Shown here piece by piece: positions 1-11,881 of a stretch of DNA of 64,000 nt. Within the stretch, counting starts at the first letter, position 1, and the number at the start of each line of letters is the position of its first letter. This DNA comes from Macrostomum lignano (Eukaryota), in assembly GCA_002269645.1 (NCBI GenBank), contig NIVC01003786.1, forward strand, positions 1 through 64,000. Reading direction: 5' to 3'. Below the pieces are notes generated by a model, which saw only the letters and a program-made list of their open reading frames with translations, did no database searches and was not told the origin of the DNA. The translations under genes were made by a program, and so were the position numbers.

Positions 1-890
1 AAATTGAATTCCTAACAAAAAAATTGTACTGGCAGTGCAAAATAATCAATACAGATGTAGCTATGAAGCGGGGAGAGACCACAATTTTAAAGTATAATTA
101 GTGCACAAAAAGACGCAATATTATAAGTATCAAATGTACATCTATATGTACGAAACGGTCCAAAACAAAACAGAGAATTAAGGGAACCTAGTAAGCAACA
201 GGGCCGCTAAGGGTGCCAAATTAGTCATTGGGGTCATCGATGGTGCCAAAGCAGTCATCGGGTTACTGATAATGCCATATTATTAGGCCCCATATTCATG
301 ACAATAAAATACACGCAACGCCTGAAGAAATACATAAAAATAGAAGACTAGACACACAAAAACAAAGATTTGACTAGATTCAGTTGTAGAAGTTAAAAAA
401 CAGACAACAGAGTGTATAAAATAACAAAGAATAGAGATGCAACTATCACTATACTTAGTAAGCCTTACTGTTAGTAAACACAAAAAATATAAACAGTTTG
501 GTAATGCCACTCTGAACGATTCTGTGACCTACTGTAAGTACTGCACGACATTTAGTAAAGGTTTTTTGTCAAACATTTTTGTGTATACAGAAAACTTTAT
601 GTTATATAATAAAGAGGCTGACTTGGTGTGACTAGCAGATAAAGAATAAAAATGAAGGCATTGCATGCAAAACTCCTTTTTTTAAAAAAATCTAATCAAA
701 TTTAGGCAAGTCAAATACGGTAAATAGTTGACTCCAACTACAGACTCTACTGCACTCACGACAGCCTTATCAACTTGATCTTCTACAGACTGCAGTGCAA
801 CTACTACAGCCTTATCCACTGATCTACTGCAGACTGCAGTGCAACTACTACAGCCTTATCCACTGATCTACTACAGACTCCAGTGCACCT

Positions 891-1245
891 TTTTTAAAGG
901 TAGGGGGGTTGTGCGCACCCTGGCGCACTTTAAGCGACATAGGCACACAACCGGCGAGAGGCATTGCTGCCCATTCCGCCGACTCCCCTGAGCAGGCAGA
1001 CAAGCGCGCGGATACGTACGCAGGCACACACTCACACAGGAGTGTACAGCGGCCCTAACTTTATATTATCGTTAGGCATGTACACTTCACTGCGCCTTGG
1101 GGGTTGGCTCTCAAGGCCGTTAATTGCACGAGCAGAGCCAAGCCGAGATTCCAATTCAGCCCCAAATTAATGTGACTGCACTTGGAATCGAGCCTGGGTC
1201 GCTGGCACACCAGAGCAGCTGCGCTACCGCTGGGCTACGGCCCCC
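891..1245 (-). mobile_element. tRNA-derived SINE inserted in the MMD 3' region
   Basis: Minus strand starts GGGGCCGTAGCCCAGCGGTAGCG (A box) and contains GGCTCGATTCC (B box). It ends in CCCTTTAAAAA. It is flanked by a 13-bp direct repeat CTCCAGTGCACCT at 878-890 and 1246-1258 (TSD). Confidence 0.85.
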
Positions 1246-1300
1246 CTCCAGTGCACCTACTACAGCCTTATCAACTGATCTACTACAGACGCCAGTGTCA

Positions 1301-3473
1301 TCACAGCTCAGACTCCAAGCCAACTCCATCAATAGTTTCCGTTCGCAGGCCAACCAGGTGAGTGGACACAGCATTGTACTGCAGCACCGACCCAATCACC
1401 ACGAACAGGTGCCAGATGGCGTGGGCGAAGGGCACAATGCCGTCCAGCTTGAAAAAAACGACGCCGCACATGTAGGCTGCGCCGCCAGTTAAAAGTTCGC
1501 CAAGGCCGTTTGGGTTTTTCTGAAAATTACGTTTAAGATGAGGGGGTCAATGGGTCAACCAACCCATTAGTATGAGTCAATGAGTCAACAAACCCATTGG
1601 TTTGGGTCAATGGGTCAACCAACCCATTAGTATGAGTCAATGAGTCAACAAACCCATTGGTTTGGGTCAATGGGTCAACCAACCCATTAGTATGAGTCAA
1701 TGAGTCAACAAACCCATTGGTTTGGGTCAATGGTCAACCAACCCATTAGTATGAGTCAATGGTCAACAAACCCATTGGTTTGGGTCAATGGGTCAAACAA
1801 CACATTGGTGTGGGTCAATAGGTCAACCAACACATTGGTGTGGGTCAATAGGTCAACCAACACATTGGTGTGGGTCAATGGGTCAACCAACACATTGGTG
1901 TGGGTCAATAAGTCAACCAACACATTGGTGTGGGTCAATAAGTCAACCAACACATTGCTGTGGGTCAATGGGTCAACCAACACATTGGTGTAGGTCAATG
2001 GGTCAACCAACACATTGGTGTGGGTCAATGGGTCAACCAACACACTGGTGTGGGTCAATGGGTCAACCAACACATTGCTGTGGGTCAATGGGTCAACAAA
2101 CACATTGCTGTGGGTCAATGGGTCAACAAACACATTGCTGTGGGTCAATGGGTCAACAAACACCTTACTGTGGGTCAATCAGTCAACAAACACATTGATG
2201 TGGGTCAATGGGTCAACAAACACATTGCTGTGGGTCAATGGGTCAACAAACACCTTCTGTGGGTCAATCAGTCAACAAACACATTGCTGTGGGTCAATGG
2301 TCAACAAACACATTGCTGTGGGTCAATGGGTCAACAAACACCTTACTGTGGGTCAATCAGTCAACAAACATATTGCTGTGGGCCAATCAGTCAACCAACC
2401 CATTGGTGTGAGTGAATGAGTCGATCAAACTGCGTAAATACAATTGGGTCAGTGAGTCAGCCAGCTCTAAGCAGGAATTACTTGCCATTTTTAACGCCAC
2501 TAACGATGGCAACGCGCCAACAGAAACGTAAAGCAGGACTTCGAGCCATTTGTACCTAAAAGTGCAATATTTCATAGTTAGTAAAAGCTTTTTGTGCGAA
2601 GGAGCATGGTACATTTAAAAAAGGACTACCGATATGTATCGAATAAGATTTTGCATTGCAGAAGTTGCGCGTACTTCTCGTGAAATATGAGCTGATAGGC
2701 GATGCCAAACACGGCAGCTGGCCACACTGCGTAGAGGCATTTCAGGCCGTAATCTGATTCGTAGTCGCGTAGGACCAGCCTGGGTAGCAGGTAGGGCGCG
2801 GTAGATAGATAGGTAGGTAGGGAAGAGAGTAGTAGGTAAAAATAAGTGGTACATACAGTAGTAGGTGGATAGGTAGGTAGATGGGTAGGTAGGTAGGTAG
2901 GTTGGTAGAGGTAGGTAGGTAGGTAGGTAGGTAGGTAGGTAGGTAGGGTAATGGAGATAGGTAGGTAGGTAGGTAGGTAGGTAGGTAGGTAGGTAGGTAG
3001 GTAGGTAGGGTAATGGAGATAGATAGGTAGGTAGGTAGGTAGATGGTAAGTCAAGCACCCGAATAAGAATTCTTACCAGGGCGTGTAGCTGGCAGCAATA
3101 AACAGGTAGATAAAAACACGATCGCCCCTGTGAAAAATCTCCTTTAAAGTTCTGCAAAGTGGAGTAAAATTCATGCTGTTTAGTTTGCATTCGAGTTGGA
3201 TAGCGCAGGCAGACAGTGGGAACAGCTACTGACCTGAAGCGGCCCCAGAAGGCCAGGATGTGAAAGACGGAGGACACAGAGAACAGGCCCAGCGTTGCCA
3301 GGCCATAAACGCGAGCGATGGCGAGCTGGCGGGCATCAATGGACCGGGAGGTCATGCTGTGCAGCTTGTAGATTGAGGCTGGAATCATTATTCCATGGGA
3401 CAGGATGTTGGCCACATGCTCTTGATCAGTGGGCACATATGCCTGACCTGCTGCAGCTCTACTGTTTTTGAAC
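1301..3473 (-). CDS. MMD: Monocyte-to-macrophage differentiation factor-like (PAQR / haemolysin-III family); 5 exons found, start-codon exon not identified
   Basis: Exons 3473-3234, 3151-3077, 2779-2675, 2555-2486, 1519-1301 are phase-consistent. They give FKNSRAAAGQAYVPTDQEHVANILSHG...SSVFH...HRGDRVFIYLFIAASYTPWLVLR...HEKYKWLE...[23 protein letters not shown]. This matches the MMD/MMD2 motifs EHAAN, DRMVIYFFIAASYAPWL, HEKYK and [11 protein letters not shown]. Confidence 0.93.
1540..2415 (+). repeat. ~30-bp minisatellite (GTGGGTCAATGGGTCAACCAACACATTG-like), about 29 units, in the last MMD intron
   Basis: Directly visible tandem array. The first units form a 60-bp dimer repeated three times. 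Confidence 0.95.
2800..3050 (+). repeat. (TAGG)n microsatellite in an MMD intron
   Basis: Visible tetranucleotide tract; explains the PTYL-repeat ORFs. Confidence 0.95.
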
Positions 3474-6400
3474 CTGCAATGTGAATGGATAAAATAATTC
3501 TTTAAAGACAGTTATTTTTAAATAAAAAAGATGTCAATTTCCTGAAAATCTTTTTACCTTCCCAAATTAAGCTGACTAGCTGATTTTAACAGCTGTTGAT
3601 GAATGCTAGTCATGCTAGATCAGTTTTTAGTTAGCTACTTTATCAACCCAGTAGCTTTGGAGCAAGATCAGTGAGCTACCATTGAGACAAATCTGAAGTA
3701 AAAAGGGGTTTGAAACAAACTTTGAATTGTGTGTATTAAAATGAAAAATAAACTTTAAGAAACTAATACATGTAGGATGAAATAAATACACAGGAAACTT
3801 TGATTTAAAAAAATAGTCATTAAAACTTACAAATAGAGTAGCTATATATAACTATAAGCTTCATTGATAAAATAAAATGACATTTTCTTGTTTACTATTA
3901 TATGTATAAATATATATGTAGGTATGGATCTAAAAAAATTAAATGGGGGGGGGCTACTAAGGTACATATGCATGTATATTATGTACATGTATATATACAC
4001 AAAATTGTGTATTTTCGATGCAAAAAAAAATAAAATAAAATCTGACTCAATGTGTGCACCCTTGCTAAATCCACCACTTTATATATGAGTAAATTCTAAT
4101 TCCATACAGACTTAACAAAAAATGATATTAAATTCAATTGAAAAAGCTGACACCTCTTAATAATATTAAGCACTTCTATACCTATTAAGCTCTATATAAT
4201 ATCACAATAAAGTAAAAAATCAAATCATATCATAACAAATCTATAAATTAAATAGTCAATTATTTCAACAATGTATATGGTGCTTATTACTTTAATGGCA
4301 ATGTTATATCAAGTTTTTAGAGTAAACCGCCAGGTCAATATGACAATAGTTAGTAAGTAGTTTATTTATAGTAGTGATTGAATAATATTTCCAGGCAGAT
4401 CAAATTACTATTCTAAATTCAGCTAAGTAACATAGCATATTTTTTCACAGCCATCCATAAGTATAAAATGTTATGCAATTGAATAATGAATATTTGCAAC
4501 AGAAAGAAGAATAGAAAATCAAAAATATTTTTCCCAGATGAATTTAGCTGCTTTGCATACATTACTAATGTCATTAAAGCCATTGCAAAATTAGTGACTC
4601 TAGTATCGTTGTGTTGTATCAGGTCATATATTATTGAGTCTAAGCATAAACTTCAATAGCTTAAAAAATTGAGTAGGGAAGTAAAGTAGAGTAGGCACAG
4701 GTAGAAAGAAATGTTGTTTTATCCAGTGAAGGCTAAGCCTAATAAGGCTGTGAAGCAATGGCATTGGCAGTGATGTTTAAGCAGTTAAAATATTTTTGAA
4801 TAATTGAATTATTTGGATAACTATAAAGCATCCCTAATTGATAAGACCACTCTATATCATTTACCACATCAATCACTATCACTAAGAATGATGTCATTGC
4901 CAGTCCCGGAATCAGAAAATTGTTGTAAAAAATAAAATAGTTCGTAGAAAATAAATGATTTGAAATTCCCTACACGATAATATTCCAAGAAGTTTAAGTA
5001 TTTTAACAACACAGGCTCATGCCCACAAGTCAATACTCTTATACTTAATTATTAATCATAGTTAAACTATAACAAAAGTCTGAGCAAAATTCTGAACAAA
5101 AATGCATCGAATCACTTTATGCGCTAATCACAATAAAAATTATAAGGCATCGAGAGCTTTTGCTGCGTCGAGAAAATTTTTAGGAGCTTGGCCTTTTTTC
5201 TGTGGGCTCTACTTAAAGTAGGTAGTTCTGAATGAACTTGCCATTTTTATATATATTCCTTTAACAATTTAAGAATAAAAGTAAAAGTGCATGCTTTTGC
5301 AAGAGATATTTCTTTCGATGATCTCAGTGTTTCATTTTTTGAGTTAATATCAAAAGTCACGCTTGCTTTGATAATATGCTTCCCGTTTTTGGGACTTGAG
5401 CTAAGATATTCAGTTTTCGAATCGAAATCTAAAAGTAATGGTAGTGTTTTCTGAATATACAGTACTATAGGTTTAAAACATCGACGCGTCTTCAAATTTC
5501 TTTCGATTTACACACAAAAAATATTTATTTAAACCACTATTTGTTTTAAGAAAAGGACTTGGATCATTAGGATTTTGACATTAAAGAAATTGGCGTGACA
5601 GTTCGTACTGTTTCATCTCATCGCTTTTAGTGTTTACTTTATATTTCACGGCATCACGCATTACCATCTTATGAGCAGAAGCTGTAACTTGGGTCCACTG
5701 GCTTAGCACACGCCAATTGCTATGCACAATACAGTTTATTTCTTACTGTTCAATTCGTTTTTGCATTGTGTTCGCAAACAGCAGCCAAACTTCAATGCTT
5801 GTGCCGGCCATTAGTTAGGGGCAGAGCATGCAATGTCAAACGAGACCGCGACCCCGTCATTATGGTAGCCAGTTGTGGGGCTGTCATGGCCACAGCCTTC
5901 ATATAGCCCATAGAAAATGACAGGTGGCTGTAGAGTAAAGCCAGCTTAGCTTATTTTATTTTAAGCCGTCCGCATTTGCCACTTCCAAATTTGGCTGCTA
6001 AAAACTCAAACCAATTTGATATAAGACAATATACAATATATTTGCAGCATTTCAGCACTTGCTCCTTTCTGACCCTGTCAAATACAATATGATAGAGATG
6101 TGCATGAGGGTATATACTCGTATGTACGAGTATAGCTTTTAGTTGAACGGGCGTCTTGCATGCAGTCTAGCAGACAGACAGAACTTTGTTATGGTTAATA
6201 GACAAATGCAACTATATGGTGGGACCGAGGGCTTGTGTCGCATTATTCGAACTTGTAATTGTATTTTCGGCTTATCATGACTTGTAAAAATGATAATGGA
6301 CGCAATAAATTGCAGGGACTGCAATAAAAAAGCACAATTGGAGCAAAGACCATAGCAGCTGCATGAAGGGTGCAGTCAGAGAGTGAAATTCACAATGCGG

Positions 6401-6541
6401 TGCGTGACTTTCTGTGCGTTTTCTAGACGAACTCTTAAATAGCATACAAGTTTATCATCAATTCCAAAAGTTTTAATAAGGCCAACTGCAACTGTCTCTT
6501 TGACCAAATCTGCGTCTGTGCAAATTCGAACTCTGAACTCT

Positions 6542-6782
6542 GGGAGAATTCTGTCACTAATTGCCCAGACAGAAGTGGGAGAATTCTGTCACTAATTGCC
6601 CAGACAAAAGTGGGAGAATTCCGTCACTAATTGCCCAGACAAAAGTGGGAGAATTCCGTCACTAATTGCCCAGACAGAAGTGGGAGAATTCTGTCACTAA
6701 TTGCCCAGACAAAAGTGGGAGAATTCCGTCACTAATTGCCCAGACAGAAGTGGGAGAATTCTGTCACTAATTGCCCAGACAG
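6542..6782 (+). repeat. 35-bp minisatellite x7 (GGGAGAATTCYGTCACTAATTGCCCAGACARAAGT)
   Basis: Units start at 6542, 6577, 6612, 6647, 6682, 6717 and 6752. Confidence 0.95.
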
Positions 6783-7137
6783 AGCTGTTGGTATATCCTT
6801 TTTCACAATGCCCTCTTACCCGAACTCAGGTCGCTTGAAATTCCTACATGCAAAAGCAGCAGTGCGGTGGTCTCATAAAGCAGAATCGGTGTGCCTGATA
6901 AGCCGGCTTAAAGAAGGTCAGAAGTATTCTTAGATAACAAGGCCCCGCGCCCATAACACTGAAAGCGTAGTGCACGCACGCAAGACTGAAATTTGAAATT
7001 CAGTAACTGCAATCACTGCAGCTAAAATGTGCAAACAGAAAACTTGATACTCAACTTCAAGACGGCGCTTGCTTAGAGTGCATTCAGACTGTGCCATGCA
7101 GTTTGTGCGATCGGTTATGCAGCTGATGCACCGTCTA

Positions 7138-7448
7138 CACTCACAGATTCACTCTCACAGATTCACTCTCACAGATTCACTCTCACAGATTCACTCTCAC
7201 AGATTCACTCTCACAGATTCACTCTCACAGATTCACTCTCACAGATTCACTCTCACAGATTCACTCTCACAGATTCACTCTCACAGATTCACTCTCACAG
7301 ATTCACTCTCACAGATTCACTCTCACAGATTCACTCTCACAGATTCACTCTCACAGATTCACTCTCACAGATTCACTCTCACAGATTCACTCTCACAGAT
7401 TCACTCTCACAGATTCACTCTCACAGATTCACTCTCACAGATTCACTC
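7138..7448 (+). repeat. 14-bp minisatellite (TCTCACAGATTCAC), about 22 near-perfect copies
   Basis: Directly visible homogeneous array. Confidence 0.95.
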
Positions 7449-7764
7449 TTTTCTTTCATTCAAAAGAACTCTGTCTATACTCAAAGGGCAAGTATTAAGC
7501 TTACATTCACTCTTTCCCCAAGTAAAAAACAGAAAGCAACCCAAATGAAAGCCACGCACATCAGGACAAGCGAGAATTGTCCAATCTGCTGCTTTCAATC
7601 AAAGCCTTGGGGTTTCAGTTTACTTATTGACTTTGCGGTGCCGCAAAAGTTCTCCAACAGCTACTTAGTTCTAATCATGCGCATGTGAACTGCGAACTCC
7701 TGCATGTGCTTCCTTCATGAATGCCTTCTAATTGTGGGAGAAAGTTCTCTGACCCGCTGGGATC

Positions 7765-7773
7765 TCTCTCTCG

Positions 7774-7814
<41 letters not shown>

Positions 7815-9260
7815 AGTATCTCTACTTCTCTCTCTTTTAATATCTCTACCCCTCTCTAAGTATCTCTCTCTCCGGATGTCTCCCCCTCTCTCTCTCAGTA
7901 TCTCTCCCTCTCTCTCTCTCTCTCAGTATCTCTCCCACTCTCTCTCTCAGGATGTCTCCCCCTCTCTCTCTCTCAGTATCTCTCCCTCCCTCTCTCTCTC
8001 AGTATCTCTCTCACTCTCTCTCTCAGGATGTCTCCCCCTCTCTCTCAGTATCTCTCCCTCTCTCTCTCTCAGTATCTCTCCCTCTCTCTCTCGCTCAGTA
8101 TCTCTCCCACTCTCTCTCTCAGGATGTCTCCCCCTCTCTCTCTCTCTCAGTATCTCTCCCTCTCTCTCTCTCTCAGTATCTCTCTCCCTCCCTCTCTCTC
8201 AGTATCTTTCTCCCTCTCTCTCTCAGGATCTTTCTCCCTCTCTCTCTCAGTATCTTTCTCCCTCTCTCTCTCAGTATCTCCCTCTCTCTCTCTCTCTCAG
8301 GATGTCTCCCCCTCTCTCTCTCAGTATCTCTTCCTCACTCTCTCTCAGTATCTCTCCCTCTCTCTCTCTCAGTATCTCTCTCCCTCTCTCTCTCAGTATC
8401 TCTCCCTCTCTCTCTCTCTCAGTATCTCTCCCTCTCTCTCTCTCTCAGTATCTCTCCCTCTCTCTCTCTCAGTATCTCTCCCTCTCTCTCTCTCTCAGTA
8501 TCTCTCTCCCTCTCTCTCTCAGTATCTTTCTCCCTCTCTCTCTCAGTATCTCCCTCTCTCTCTCTCTCTCTCAGTATCTCTCCCTCTCTCTCTCTCAGTA
8601 TCTCTCCCTCTCTCTCTCTCTCTCTCAGTATCTCTTCCTCACTCTCTCTCAGTATCTCTCCCTCTCTCTCTCAGTATCTCTTCCTCACTCTCTCTCAGTA
8701 TCTCTCCCTCTCTCTCTCAGTATCTCTTCCTCACTCTCTCTCAGTATCTCTCCCTCTCTCTCTCTCTCAGTATCTCTCTCCCTCTCTCTCTCAGTATCTT
8801 TCTCCCTCTCTCTCTCTCAGTATCTCTCCCTCTCTCTCTCTCTCAGTATCTCTCCCTCTCTCTCTCTCAGTATCTCTCTCCCTCTCTCTCTCAGTATCTT
8901 TCTCCCTCTCTCTCTCTCAGTATCTCTCCCTCTCTCTCTCTCAGTATCTCTCCCTCTCTCTCTCTCAGTATCTCTCTCCCTCTCTCTCTCAGTATCTTTC
9001 TCCCTCTCTCTCTCTCAGTATCTCTCCCTCTCTCTCTCTCTCAGTACCTCTCCCTCTCTCTCTCTCTCTCTCAGCATCTCTCCCTCTCTCTCTCAGCATC
9101 TCTCCCTCTCTCTCAGCATCTCTCCCTCTCTCTCAGCATCTCTACCTCTCTCTCAGTATCTCTCTCTCTCTCTCAGCATCTCTTCCTCTCTCTCAGTATC
9201 TCTCCCTCTCTCTTAGTATTTCTCCCTGTCTCTTAGTATCTCTCCATCTATCTTAGCATC
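7765..9260 (+). repeat. CT-rich compound microsatellite punctuated by CAGTA/CAGGA
   Basis: (TC)n with recurring CAGTATCTC; source of the SL-rich spurious ORFs. Confidence 0.95.
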
Positions 9261-9789
9261 TCTGCCTCTAACCCCATTATCTCTCCCCTCTCAGCTTGTC
9301 TATCACCCCTTACAGTTCCCTTCCAGCCCAAACCTCGCCATTAGCCTCGCCCTCTTCTCTCTGCTGCGTGCATCATATTTCCATATAACGATTCCACAAA
9401 CTCAGCTTCGTCTTATGCAATTATGTTTCTCTCACAGAATAATCTCAGGAGATTTATTAAGACAGGCCTTAACGACATCGCTTTATGTGCCTCGTGTTAT
9501 AACTTCTCGGAACTACTTCTCAAATTTAAATTAGTAATAATAAAGTATTCATCAATCAATCAAGCTCGTCCTCGAGCGGCTTATATAATCTTTTTTGGAA
9601 GATCTTGAAATATTCGCTTAGCGCGCATGCACTGTGATTAATGATGACATCAGTCTTGACGGAGAATGAGAGGTTATTAGTTGATTGTTTAGGTTAGGAA
9701 GTAAAGGAAAACACAGCACTGAGAGGTTGAGAGACAATCTGAATAATAGAAATATTAGGATTCCAAAGAGAAACAAGAAAGGAAAAGGG

Positions 9790-10800
9790 AGAAAGAAGGG
9801 AGGGAGAGATGAAGAGAAGGGAGGGAGCGAGGGAGAGAAGGGATGGAGAGATGGAGAGAAGGGATGGAGAGAGGAAAAGAAGGGAGGGAGCGAAGGAGAG
9901 AAGGGAGGGAGAGATGGAGAGAAGGGAGGGAGCGAGGGAGAGAAGGGAGGGAGCGAAAGAGAGAACGGAGGGAGAGATGGAGAGAAGGGAGGGAGCGAAG
10001 GAGAGAACGGAGGGAGAGATGGAGAGAAGGGAGGGAGCGAGGGAGAGAAGGGAGGGAGCGAGGGAGAGAAGGGAGGGAGCGAGGGAGAGAAGGGAGGGAG
10101 CGAGGGAGAGAAGGGAGGGAGCGAGGGAGAGAAGGGAGGGAGCGAGGGAGAGAAGGGAGGGAGCGAGGGAGAGAAGGGAGGGAGCGAGGGAGAGAAGGGA
10201 TGAAGAGAGGGAGAGAAGGAAGGGAGAGAGAGAAGGGAGGGAGAGAGAGAAGGGAGGGAGAGAGAATGAGAAGAGGGAGAGAAGGAGACAGGGAGAGAGG
10301 GAGAGAACGGAAGGAGAGAGGGAGAGAGGGAGGGAGAGAGAAAGAGAAGATGGAGGGAGGGAGGGAGAGAGAAAGAGAAGAGGGAGAGAGGGAGGCAGAG
10401 AGAAAGAGAAGATGGAGGGAGGGAGGGAGAGAGAAAGAGAAGAGGGAGAGAGGGAGGGAGAGAGAAAGAGAAGAGGGAGAGAGGGAGAGAGAGAGAAAGA
10501 GAAGAGGGAGAGAGGGAGGCAGAGAGAAAGAGAAGATGGAGGGAGGGAGGGAGAGAGAAAGAGAAGAGGGAGAGAGGGAGGCAGAGAGAAAGAGAAGATG
10601 GAGGGAGGGAGGGAGAGAGAAAGAGAAGAGGGAGAGAGGGAGGGAGAGAGAAAGAGAAGAGGGAGAGAGGGAGGGAGAGAGAAAGAGAAGAGGGAGAGAG
10701 GGAGAGAGAGAGAAAGAGAAGAGGGAGAGAGGGAGGGAGAGAGAAAGAGAAGAGGGAGAGAGGGAGAGAACGGAAGGAGAGGAGGGAAGGAGAGAAGGGC
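9790..10800 (+). repeat. GA-rich polypurine tract with 21-bp and longer sub-repeats
   Basis: Visible (GGGAGAGAAGGGAGGGAGCGA)n and GAGAAAGAGAAGAGG units. Confidence 0.93.
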
Positions 10801-11346
10801 ATAAAGAAGGGCGAGTGGTACTGTAGATTCTAGCTATCAGTACTAAAGACAAGAGGAGAACGCGCCCGCAGCTGCAAAAGTGGGGGCGAACACTTTCGAA
10901 AGATTTGATTAATCCGCAATCGCTGGCTAACCAGCTAGGCTTAAGAAGACCGGTCTCGCACATGACAGAGACAAACAGGCTGAGGCAGAAGAAGGCAGAA
11001 ATCCAACAAACCACTTTACCGAGTGTCAGTCAGACTTGGGGTGGGCGAAGCAAAAAATTTGTTTGCGATTTTTCCTGCAGCCTTCCTTCCTTCAGTTCAG
11101 ACCAATTTCTGGCGGCAGGATTGGAACATTCGGTGCGAAATGGGTTTGCACTGGGGAGTCGCTTATCTGTAATGCATGACGTCCCAGCGCTTCCACGCGT
11201 TCTCTTCTCTCCCAGGAGTTCAACTGATTTCCGCTTATCGCGCTTAAAATGCTTGGCGCCCCACCGAATCGTTTACGGTTCTCTCCTGTACAAGTAGTTT
11301 TAACGGGGCTGATGCTTTATGGTACAAGTACATCAGACAGCGAATG

Positions 11347-11567
<221 letters not shown>

Positions 11568-11600
11568 TATGGATGAAAATATTTAAATAGCCATCCACGC

Positions 11601-11881
11601 CAGTAGCGTAGCCAATCGCCTGGGGGGTTTGGGTTGGGCGCGGCGGGTGCCAAAACCATGAGGCAATTGAGTGCCTGCGGCGCTTAAATGAGTGCCAGCG
11701 GCGCCAAAATGAGTACCTGCGGCGCCAAAGTGAGTGCCTGCGGCGCCAAGAAAGTGCCAGCGGCGCCAAAAAAGTGCCAGCGGCGCTAAAAAAAGTGCCA
11801 GCGGCGCCAAAAGTGGCAATGGCATAAGGCATGGCCAGCCAGGCCAACCCCCCCCCATTGAAATTCCTGGCTACGCCACTG
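11601..11881. mobile_element. hAT-type MITE with internal GGCGCCAAAATGAGTGCCTGC-like repeats
   Basis: TIRs CAGTAGCGTAGCCA ... TGGCTACGCCACTG. Perfect 8-bp TSD ATCCACGC at 11593-11600 and 11882-11889. An 8-bp TSD is typical of the hAT superfamily. Confidence 0.85.

Noticed and set aside
7876-11014. Long ORFs of 330-446 aa (SL-rich, ER/EG-rich)
   Set aside because: They are translations of CT/GA microsatellites, open in several frames at once, with no domain motifs.
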